A stretch of DNA of 64,000 nucleotides from Candidatus Cloacimonadales bacterium (GTDB lineage Bacteria; Cloacimonadota; Cloacimonadia; Cloacimonadales; JAFGVF01). The position numbers were made by a program, and so were the translations under genes. The notes beneath the pieces are model-generated. The model worked only from the letters and a program-made list of their open reading frames with translations, had not been told where the DNA came from and ran no database searches. Shown piece after piece: positions 10,945 to 19,324 of the stretch (position 1 is the first letter of the stretch; each line of letters begins with the position of its first letter). The DNA lies in NCBI GenBank assembly GCA_963663475.2, contig CAXXJV010000001.1, positions 448,001-512,000 on the forward strand. The letters run 5' to 3'.

Positions 10945-12552
10945 GTGAGAAGGATAAGTTTTCTTATCTTCTTAATGGTGGTTTGGTTAGATAGCTATTG
11001 CTCAATAGTCATTAATGAAGTCATGTATGATGCTGTAGGAAGTGACCAGGGAAAAGAGTGGATAGAACTCTATAATAATGGTCAAGAGGATGTTGATCTA
11101 CAAGGTTGGTTACTCCAAGCAGGAGGTTCTAGTTTTACTGATATCCTAAGCTTTCCAAGTATTAATATTAGAGCCAAGTCCTTCTTTCTTATCAGCGAAC
11201 AAGCTAGTCCTCTAACTAATTATATTGCAGAATTACATTTTGAGAATGGTGGTTCTACCTCCGATGGCATCCGAATACTTAATCCTAGAGACCAATATAC
11301 AGATACTATTCTCTACGATAGTCCAAACACTAACAACTTAGTTGGAGATAACGGAGACTATGATTGCTTATGCCCTGCAGTCACACCTGGCCAGTCTTTA
11401 GCTAGGATCTCTGATGGAGTAGATACAGATTGTCCAGAAGACTGGTTAGCCACTAGCCAATCAAGTCCTGGAAATTCAAATGAGATTGTAAAGATTGTAG
11501 AAATGACATCCTGCAAGGCACTAATATCAACTGATAATATTGAAGTATCCACAATTATCCTCAACTTATCCACATTTAAAGTGGATAAGTCTGATTTAAG
11601 TATTAAAATCATCTTTAATAATGAGTTAAAATATAATAGCCCATTATCAGAGATTCCGCCTCTAGATAGCCTAAACATCTGTCTTCTAATAGAAAATGAG
11701 AATTATCAAAATGGTCAGTTAAGTATAGAACTTGTTAATAATACAAATGTTGATATTGTGGATAACTTGTGGGAAACTCTAATATGCTATGACATCCCAG
11801 ACTTGCAATTATCGGAAATTATGCATTCTCCCCTGACTGGTAATTCTGAATGGATAGAAGTTAAACTACTTGAAGATATTAAGGATCTACAAGTAAGATT
11901 ATCTGATTCTGCAGGTAATTATGCCCAAGCAGTGATTTCTGGTTATGCTGGTGATTATTTGGTTATTGCCCAAGATAAGAATAAACTACTTGCGACCTTC
12001 TCAGTTAGTGATTCTTCTTTAGTTATGCAGCCTACTACTTGGCCTAGGCTAAATAATAATGGAGATAAGATTAATCTTGAAATCTATAATACCCGCATTG
12101 ATTCTCTTATCTATGGACCAAATTCAACTTCCAAAGGTTACTCTTTAGAATATCACGAAACTAGTCAGCAATGGAGTCAGTGCACTTTTCCTACCAGAGC
12201 AAGTCCAACTAAAGAAAACTCTCTGCCAACTCCTAACCATGATATTAAAATAAACAATATCCAAGTTGCTAATAGTTTAATCTCTAGAAAACAAGATAAG
12301 TTATTAAGAATAGACTTTGCATCTGAAGATGAAAATTGCTTTCTATCATTAAAGATATTTGATATCAGAGGTAAAGAAATTACTGTAATAAAATCAGATA
12401 TAGCAGGGAAATATGGTGGTCAATTGGCTTGGAATGGCTATTTACAAGGTAAGTATTTAGCTAGCGGTTTATATCCAGCAGTAATTAGATTAAATTCAGA
12501 AAATGGCAGACTAATAGCAGAAAAAAAGACATTAATCACGATAAATAGATAA
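10945..12552 (+). CDS. Secreted lamin-tail-domain protein with FlgD/T9SS-like C-terminal domain
   Basis: Signal peptide; two LTD-like motifs (INEVMY...EWIELYN; LSEIMH...EWIEV); C-terminal IFDIRGK...WNG...LASGLY. Confidence 0.75.
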   Translation: MRRISFLIFLMVVWLDSYCSIVINEVMYDAVGSDQGKEWIELYNNGQEDVDLQGWLLQAGGSSFTDILSFPSINIRAKSFFLISEQASPLTNYIAELHFENGGSTSDGIRILNPRDQYTDTILYDSPNTNNLVGDNGDYDCLCPAVTPGQSLARISDGVDTDCPEDWLATSQSSPGNSNEIVKIVEMTSCKALISTDNIEVSTIILNLSTFKVDKSDLSIKIIFNNELKYNSPLSEIPPLDSLNICLLIENENYQNGQLSIELVNNTNVDIVDNLWETLICYDIPDLQLSEIMHSPLTGNSEWIEVKLLEDIKDLQVRLSDSAGNYAQAVISGYAGDYLVIAQDKNKLLATFSVSDSSLVMQPTTWPRLNNNGDKINLEIYNTRIDSLIYGPNSTSKGYSLEYHETSQQWSQCTFPTRASPTKENSLPTPNHDIKINNIQVANSLISRKQDKLLRIDFASEDENCFLSLKIFDIRGKEITVIKSDIAGKYGGQLAWNGYLQGKYLASGLYPAVIRLNSENGRLIAEKKTLITINR

Positions 12553-12679
12553 AAGCATTGACAAAAGCTAGAGATAAAATTTTTTTGACATTAGAAGGGA
12601 GTCGAAAGATATATGATAATGAAAAATAAAATAGTGGTGTTTTTAATTTTTAGTGTTTCTAAAAATATATATAATGATA

Positions 12680-12719
12680 AAATAGCATTTACTCATTAGG
12701 GTAGATGCTATTTTTTTTT
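12680..12719 (+). terminator. Terminator-like hairpin immediately upstream of nadC
   Basis: AATAGCATTTAC-loop-GTAGATGCTATT followed by a long T run. Confidence 0.65.
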
Positions 12720-12738
12720 CAAGAAATGGGGTATAAAT

Positions 12739-13563
12739 ATGGATATTAAAGAATTAGTTAAACAAAGCTTGCTAGAGGATATTGGAAGCGGTGATATTAC
12801 AACTGACTCCTTAGAATTAGTTAAGACTATCACTCAAGCTACTATCGTAGCCAAAGAAGATGGAGTAATTGCTGGTTTGAATATCTTTGCTGAAGTATTC
12901 AAACAAGTTGACCCCGATATTAACATCACCTTGTACAAAAGAGATGGTGATAAAGTACATAATAAGGAAGAAATTGCTAAGTTACAAGGCAATCCAATGT
13001 CCTTACTTAAAGGAGAAAGAGTAGCCCTTAACTTTATCCAAAGAATGAGTGGTATTGCTAGTCTCACAGCTAAGATGGTTGAGCAGATAGCAGGCACTCA
13101 TGCCAAACTCTTAGATACTAGAAAAACAACTCCCATGTTACGTTCTCTAGAGAAGTACTCAGTTAAAGTTGCCGGTGGTTATAATCATCGTTTTGGACTT
13201 TATGATATGATAATGCTGAAAGAAAACCATATCAGGGCTGCTGGTTCGATTAGCAAGGCTGTAGAAATGGTTAAGAAAAATAACTGTACATACAAAATAG
13301 AAGTTGAAGTAACTAACTTAGAAGAACTTAAAGAAGCTGTAGAAGCAAAAGTTGATAGAGTTATGCTAGATAATATGTCTTTGGAAAAAATGAAAGAGGC
13401 TGTTGAACTTTACCACGGCAAAGTAGAGTTAGAAGCTTCAGGTAATGTAAGATTAGAGACAATACGAGAAATTGCAGAGACTGGGGTAGATTTTATCTCA
13501 AGTGGAGCAATTACTCATTCTTATAAATCGTTAGATATTAGTTTATTATTCAGGGAGAACTAG
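12739..13563 (+). CDS. nadC: Quinolinate phosphoribosyltransferase
   Basis: EDIGSGDITT, LDTRKTTP, NHRFGL, LKENH, EVEV, MLDN and EASG. Confidence 0.96.
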   Translation: MDIKELVKQSLLEDIGSGDITTDSLELVKTITQATIVAKEDGVIAGLNIFAEVFKQVDPDINITLYKRDGDKVHNKEEIAKLQGNPMSLLKGERVALNFIQRMSGIASLTAKMVEQIAGTHAKLLDTRKTTPMLRSLEKYSVKVAGGYNHRFGLYDMIMLKENHIRAAGSISKAVEMVKKNNCTYKIEVEVTNLEELKEAVEAKVDRVMLDNMSLEKMKEAVELYHGKVELEASGNVRLETIREIAETGVDFISSGAITHSYKSLDISLLFREN

Positions 13564-14274
13564 ATGAAGAAGAAAGTTGAATGTTTGATTGAGATGCAAA
13601 AGTATGATGACAGAATTGCTGAGAAAGAGACACTTAAATCAGAGTTACCTAAACAATTAAAAAGTTTGATTGAGGAAGAAGCAGAAGCTAAAGCAGCTGT
13701 AGCTGAGACTATTGAAGATATTAACAAGCTAGTAATTCTTCAAAAGGATAAAGAAATTGAAATCAAACAAAATAAAGAAAAAGCAGCTAAATATGAAGAA
13801 CAATTAGCTTCAATTAAAACAAACAAAGAGTATAAAGCTCTTAATAGCGAAATTGCCCTTCTAGCTAGCTTAAATTCTGAACTAGAATCAGAAATTATTT
13901 CCTTAATGGAACAAGAAAATCAATTAAAACAAATTAAAGTAGAACGTGAAAAAGTCTTACAGGAAAAACAAAAGAATCTTTCTGACCAAGAAGATGTTTT
14001 AAAAGATCAAATTGCTGGTCTTGATGGAGAAATCGAAAAGTTCAAAAAAGAAAGAAACTCTCTTGCTATTGATTTACCTAAAAATATGATCAAGCAGTAT
14101 AAGATTCTTATTATAAATCGTAATAGAAAAGCTGTTGCTTTTGAACAAGAAGGTGCTTGTTCTGCTTGCGGTTTTAAAATAAGACCTCAGCTTATTATCG
14201 AACTTGAAAAACAAGATAAAATCCTCTTCTGCGAAAACTGTAATAGATTCTTAGTTAGAAAATCAATTCATTAA
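13564..14274 (+). CDS. Coiled-coil protein with C-terminal C4 zinc ribbon (DUF164/CT398-like)
   Basis: Long coiled coil with NKEYKAL; CSAC...CENCNR. Confidence 0.85.
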   Translation: MKKKVECLIEMQKYDDRIAEKETLKSELPKQLKSLIEEEAEAKAAVAETIEDINKLVILQKDKEIEIKQNKEKAAKYEEQLASIKTNKEYKALNSEIALLASLNSELESEIISLMEQENQLKQIKVEREKVLQEKQKNLSDQEDVLKDQIAGLDGEIEKFKKERNSLAIDLPKNMIKQYKILIINRNRKAVAFEQEGACSACGFKIRPQLIIELEKQDKILFCENCNRFLVRKSIH

Positions 14275-14288
14275 ATAAATCTTTTTTA

Positions 14289-14684
14289 GCTAAAAGAGGA
14301 TAAAATGTCTGCGTGCTTTGCTTTGGCAAGTCACGAGGAAAGTCCGGACACCATAGGGTAGGATGCTTCTTAACGGGAAGTCTTGGCAACAAGAAGCTAG
14401 CTCCACAGAAAGAAACCGCTTAGATACGAAAGTTGAATAAGTAAGGGTGAAAAGGTAGTGTAAGAGACTACCAGATGCCTTGGTGACAAGGTATGCTCGG
14501 AATGCCTCATCAGGTGCAATGCCAAATAGGGGAGCTTGAAGTGACCCGCTTCTATAACTCTCGGGTAGGCAGCTTAAATCGGCTCATTGAGACATTAGTG
14601 TATGGCAACATCCGATTTAGATGAATAGACATTATGCTACTTCTTAGGTAGTATACAGAATCCGGCTTAATATCTTCTTTTAGC
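14289..14684 (+). ncRNA. rnpB: RNase P RNA
   Basis: Conserved GAGGAAAGTCCGG, ACAGAAA, AAGGGTGAAAAGG and ACAGAATCCGGCTTA; the P1 helix pairs GCTAAAAGAGGATA with TATCTTCTTTTAGC. Confidence 0.95.
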
Positions 14685-14701
14685 ATTAGTATATTATTAT
14701 T

Positions 14702-14734
14702 AAGCTTACGAAATTAATCTCGTAAGCTTTTTTT
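14702..14734 (+). terminator. Intrinsic terminator after rnpB
   Basis: AAGCTTACG-loop-CGTAAGCTT followed by a T tract. Confidence 0.8.
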
Positions 14735-15081
14735 ACAGGCATGTGGATACTTAATTTTTTCATCCAGCCACTCTACTTGAGAGAGAGTCTTAAAATGAGG
14801 CGTAATAATAGAAGAAAGCCACAGCCCAATATGTTAAAAATGACTCAAGTTCAAGTCTAGTGGGAATAATATAGGAAAATGAGAATATTTCATTAGAATA
14901 TTGATTCATCAAAAATCCCTGAAAGGGATAAAATAATTTAGCCCAGGGTAAGATGCTGAAAGTATCGCAAGCCTGGGTAATGATGGCTAGCCCAAAGATA
15001 TTACTCTGTAAGGGTTTACTAAAATGATAAATAATGTATTATCCCAAATAGTACAGTAGAGCTTGGTGAGTTTCCTTCTAG

Positions 15082-15160
15082 CATCCTTAATCCTTCCTTT
15101 ACAGTCTTTCGATGAAAGTCCAGGTTTCATCGAAAGACTGTAAAGGAAGGGTTAAGGATG
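15082..15160. repeat. Long palindrome, repeat family 2 (copy 1)
   Basis: 36-bp stem with one G-T pair and a 7-nt loop; homologous to 44312-44392. Confidence 0.9.
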
Positions 15161-15300
15161 AAATAAGCAAGAAGATGTTTCTTAGGAATCAATCCAAGCT
15201 TGAAATAAATGGGAAAAAATATTGACAATCACATTAAGATAATATTTTTATAGTAATTGGATTCTCTGAACAAATTACATCTGATAATGAAAAATAAAAT

Positions 15301-16035
15301 ATGAGAGGGTATAAAATGTCTAAGTTAAGATTATTGATTATTGCAATTTCATTCATAATGCTGATAGGATGTCATGTAAACCCATATAAGGTATATGATT
15401 TAACACCAGCTGATAAAAATATGGAAAGCATGTGGTTAAATGGAAAAGAGCTTGTTAAGCTTAGTGGTGATAAGGCTGATATTATTGTTAATTATGACAC
15501 TTCAGATAATGGGATGCTAATCTTTGATCTCTCAGTTCTAAATAAGACCACTGAAACTATTTTAATTTCTCCTACTGATTTCTCTTGCAAGACTAATAAT
15601 AGATTAAATGAAGTCAGGGAAATTGAGGCAATTGATCCTGAACTTAAGATTAAAGATTATAATAAAAAAATTGAAAAATTAAGAGCAAGATCTAAGGCAA
15701 AAGCAAGAGATCATTTAGTATTCTCAATATTTGAAGTGGTTGATAACTTTACTTATAGCAATCCTGAAGAAAAAGAGCAAGCAAAAGAGGATTATGCAGA
15801 GCAAGAAGAAAGACGCAATAAAGCACTTTCTCAGATTAATTCTCAAATGCAAGATGCCAAAGCAAAAAGACAATCTTTTGAAGTTGAAGCTCTTAGGAAA
15901 ACTTCTTTAATAGCAGGAAACAAGATTGGAGGTAAACTTTATTTTCCAGTTCGAGACTCCCTAACTGAATTTTCTTTAGTAATCCCAATTGGACAAGAAG
16001 TATTTGTTATCCCCTATGCGATAGAAATATTTTAA
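15301..16035 (+). CDS. Hypothetical lipoprotein
   Basis: Signal peptide ending in a LIGC lipobox; start probably at the second Met (15316). Confidence 0.65.
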   Translation: MRGYKMSKLRLLIIAISFIMLIGCHVNPYKVYDLTPADKNMESMWLNGKELVKLSGDKADIIVNYDTSDNGMLIFDLSVLNKTTETILISPTDFSCKTNNRLNEVREIEAIDPELKIKDYNKKIEKLRARSKAKARDHLVFSIFEVVDNFTYSNPEEKEQAKEDYAEQEERRNKALSQINSQMQDAKAKRQSFEVEALRKTSLIAGNKIGGKLYFPVRDSLTEFSLVIPIGQEVFVIPYAIEIF

Positions 16036-16226
16036 CCGAATGGTAGAGTAAAACTTTATCCCAGATAGTGTAGTAGAATTTTAGTGAAGAATGCAGATTA
16101 TTCTAGCAAAATAGCTTGCAGAATTCTGACCCATATAATATATATATTCTAAAGAATTATGTAAGTTACTTTTGCAAAAGAAGATATTGCTATTTTCAAA
16201 GATCTATTGCATTATTTTGGCTTTAA
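16032..16226 (+). repeat. Dispersed ~170-bp hairpin repeat (left-arm fragment plus full copy)
   Basis: CCCAGATAGTGTAGTAGA...GATCTATTGCATTATTTTGG matches the family consensus. Confidence 0.85.
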
Positions 16227-16244
16227 TAAAAACTATGGACTTAT

Positions 16245-16292
16245 GGCATCCTTGCCATAAGAAAAATGTGGAAGCAAGGATGCTTCCACTCC
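16245..16292. repeat. REP-like inverted doublet
   Basis: GCATCCTTGC ... GCAAGGATGC, each embedded in a small palindrome; GC-rich in an AT-rich spacer. Confidence 0.45.
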
Positions 16293-16330
16293 ATAAGATC
16301 AAATACATTATTGGGATTATTTTCATAGAA

Positions 16331-16358
16331 AAAGAGCTTTTGTCACCATAAGCTCTTT
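16331..16358 (-). terminator. Probable terminator of the decarboxylase gene
   Basis: AAAGAGCTT-loop-AAGCTCTTT just past the stop codon. Confidence 0.55.
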
Positions 16359-16374
16359 ATTTATTGAATATATA

Positions 16375-17535
16375 TTAATCGATTACATAAGTTGTTAGAG
16401 GTGGGAAACCATTAAATTCAATTGAACTATAGGAGGTAGTATATGCTCCAGTTGATAGGAAATAAACTCTATCACCTATAGCCAAATTTAGAGGAAGGTC
16501 ATATTTAAAATCTTCATACATTATATCCTGAGAATCACAGGTTGGTCCTGCCAAAATACACTCTTCAGTTTCTCCCCGTCTTTCAGTGAAAATTGGGAAC
16601 TTAATAGATTCATCAAGAGTTTCAATCAAACCACTGAATTTGCCTATATCAGTAAATATCCAGCGATTTAAGGCTGTTCGAGACTTTCTTGATATCAGAA
16701 CTACTTCACTAACAATAACGCCTGCATCAGCCACTAATGAACGACCTGGTTCTATCAATATTTCAGGAATATCATCACCAAAGTCTTCGTTTAAATATCT
16801 TTTAATTTCTGAGGCATATACTTCCAACTCATTAGTTCTAGAAGTATAGTTAGCTGGGAAACCACCGCCCATATTAATCATTTTTAATTTAATGCCTTCT
16901 TCTTCTTCAAGCCAAGAGAAGATATACCTAACTTTGGCAATTGCTGCATCCCAAGATGCAATATCACGTTGTTGAGAACCTACATGGAAGGATATACCAT
17001 AAGGTTCAAGACCTAATTTTTTAGCAAGAACAATTAAATCACATGCCATATCAGATTGACAGCCAAATTTTCTGGAAAGAGGCCAGTCTGCTGTTTCAAC
17101 CCCTTCAGTTAATATACGAACAAAAACTCTTGAGCCTGGAGCAGCTTTAGCAATATTTCTCAAATCAGCTTCTGAATCAGAAACAAAGAGTCTGACACCA
17201 GCCTCGTAATGTTCACGGATATCTTTAGCTTTTTTGATAGTATTCCCATAGCTTATTCTATCAGCAGAAATACCTAGAGCAAGAAGTTTTCTTAATTCAT
17301 AGATTGATGCTACATCAAAATTTGAACCTAAGTCTCTCAAGAGACTTAACACTTGGGTAGCTGGATTAGCTTTGACAGCATAGTGGATTTTAGCGTAGGG
17401 AAAGTTTCTAGTAAGCTCTTCATACTTTTCTTTAATTGTACTTAATTTGACTACTAAGAATGGAGTTTCTTTGTCTTCAGAAAAGGCAAGTAATTTTTGC
17501 CATTCAGCTTTGGTAATATAGGAATCTCTTAACAT
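16375..17535 (-). CDS. Fold-type III PLP-dependent ornithine/lysine decarboxylase
   Basis: YAVKAN (PLP lysine), FDVAS, KFG, FHVGSQ, GGGFP, EPGR, GPTCDS and GAYT; GGAGG RBS. Confidence 0.92.
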   Translation of the reverse strand: MLRDSYITKAEWQKLLAFSEDKETPFLVVKLSTIKEKYEELTRNFPYAKIHYAVKANPATQVLSLLRDLGSNFDVASIYELRKLLALGISADRISYGNTIKKAKDIREHYEAGVRLFVSDSEADLRNIAKAAPGSRVFVRILTEGVETADWPLSRKFGCQSDMACDLIVLAKKLGLEPYGISFHVGSQQRDIASWDAAIAKVRYIFSWLEEEEGIKLKMINMGGGFPANYTSRTNELEVYASEIKRYLNEDFGDDIPEILIEPGRSLVADAGVIVSEVVLISRKSRTALNRWIFTDIGKFSGLIETLDESIKFPIFTERRGETEECILAGPTCDSQDIMYEDFKYDLPLNLAIGDRVYFLSTGAYTTSYSSIEFNGFPPLTTYVID

Positions 17536-17562
17536 GATAAATCCTCCGATTTTAATATTTTT

Positions 17563-17649
17563 TTATAAAAACCCGAGGAGGTTTTTGATTAGTAAAGACA
17601 TGTAGTTAGGCGGTTGATATCTAACACCGCTTAGAAGTCTATTACTCAT
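17563..17649 (-). CDS. Putative 28-aa leader peptide MSNRLLSGVRYQPPNYMSLLIKNLLGFL
   Basis: GGAGG RBS 7 nt before ATG 17649; ends 27 nt before the decarboxylase start; below the ORF-track size cutoff. Confidence 0.6.
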   Translation of the reverse strand: MSNRLLSGVRYQPPNYMSLLIKNLLGFL

Positions 17650-17853
17650 AGCATTTCCTCCAATTTTAAGTTCTTGAAATACTTTCAAATTGCAAGAGGT
17701 ATTTTTTAGCAAGAAAAAAAATAATTATTTTTATAAGTAGAGATATCTTCTTTATTTATAGTTAATTAAAGCTTGACACTTTCTTAGAAATATATTAAAA
17801 AGTTTAATAGAAATTTCCTAAAACTAAAACATTATAAGAGAGGATTTAAAAAG

Positions 17854-18738
17854 ATGAAAAGACTTAGTTTTATTATTATTACTATTGGAGCTATTAGTCT
17901 ATTGCTTGCCCTAATGGCATGTCAAACTAAAGAGGAAGATATGAAAATATGGCATACAATTGCAGCACAAGATTCTACTAGCCAAGAAATTTCCTACTTT
18001 GTTCAACCTAATCTTGACACATCTTACCTGGCTAACAAGCAAATTAAGGCCAGAATAGAAGGAGAATGGACTGATCTTGAGGTTAGTGACTTTCCTCAAT
18101 CATTTGTTAAATGGAATTTCCAAAGAAGATTAGAACAATTAAAAGAGATTAAGGAAGGATTAGAAACTGGTAATATGAGAATGCCGACCTTATCAGGACC
18201 ACACAATGGCATGGTAGCGACCCATGGCAACAAACGCAAAGATGCTATTTTCAGTATTAATAATGCTGTTAAAGGTATGGGTTGGTTGCCCAAGGCAGAA
18301 AAGATTAAAGAAGTAAAGCAGATGCTTTTAGATACTTGGGAAGAAGATATTTTTAAGAAATTAGATGTTTTAACTAAGCTATATGAGCAGGGAGAAGAGA
18401 TTTTTGATATGTCCAAACAGACTTCCCTTGAATTGTATTCTCATCCAGGCTATGAAACCCAATCTTTTTTAAATCAGATGGCTGACCCAGGTGTTACTAT
18501 AGTATTTTTAGATTTACCAGAGTCATATAAATTGAAGTGTATAGTTCAAATGATACATCCCAATAATCCTAATTTAACGGAATATGAAAAAGATGTAGTT
18601 GATTACATCAATCTTGTTCATGACTATTTTCATGGTCAAATGCCTCGCAAATCCATTGGGGTAGTCTATCATGCTATTCAAGTATATGATAATTCTCCAA
18701 AAGGTAAAGGAAAACTTATTAGTCCAATGTTTCCTTAA
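17854..18738 (+). CDS. Hypothetical lipoprotein
   Basis: Signal peptide with LMAC lipobox and GAGGA RBS; no confidently recognised family. Confidence 0.65.
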   Translation: MKRLSFIIITIGAISLLLALMACQTKEEDMKIWHTIAAQDSTSQEISYFVQPNLDTSYLANKQIKARIEGEWTDLEVSDFPQSFVKWNFQRRLEQLKEIKEGLETGNMRMPTLSGPHNGMVATHGNKRKDAIFSINNAVKGMGWLPKAEKIKEVKQMLLDTWEEDIFKKLDVLTKLYEQGEEIFDMSKQTSLELYSHPGYETQSFLNQMADPGVTIVFLDLPESYKLKCIVQMIHPNNPNLTEYEKDVVDYINLVHDYFHGQMPRKSIGVVYHAIQVYDNSPKGKGKLISPMFP

Positions 18739-18768
18739 GTAACAAAGAATTTCACTACAGATAGGGTA

Positions 18769-19179
18769 TAATCCCAGATAGTGTAGTAGAACTTTAGTGA
18801 AGAGTGCAGATTCTTCTTTAAACCCAGATAGTGTAGTAGAGCTTTAGTGAAGAGTGCAGATTATTCTAGCAAAATAGCTTACAGAATTTTGACGCATATA
18901 TTTTATATATTCGGAGAAATTATGGAAGTTACTTTTGCAGAAGAATATAGTGCTGTTCACAAAGGTCTACTGCATTATTGGGTTAAAATCCTACTGCACT
19001 ATTTTTGTTTAACCCAAATGGTGCAATAGAGCTTTAGAGAAGAGTGCTAGATTCTTTTAGCAAAATAGCTTACAGAATTTTGACGCATATTTTTTATATA
19101 TTCGGAGAAATAATGGAAGTTACTTTTGCAAAAGAATATAGTGCTATTCTCAAAGAACTATTGCATTATTTGGGTTTAA
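18769..19179 (+). repeat. Cluster of ~170-bp hairpin repeats: left fragment, full copy 18817-18987, right fragment, full copy 19008-19179
   Basis: Direct sequence similarity between the copies and to 48492-48661. Confidence 0.9.
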
Positions 19180-19324
19180 CCACTTACGTCAAAAAAGATA
19201 CCACTAAATTAAATAATCTTGTTGAATGGAGAAAAACCGATTATTTGTCTTACTGTTATAAAATGACATTGAAAATTATGTATAAGATTAAGAAATCAAA
19301 ACAAATAATAAAGAAGAGGTTTTT

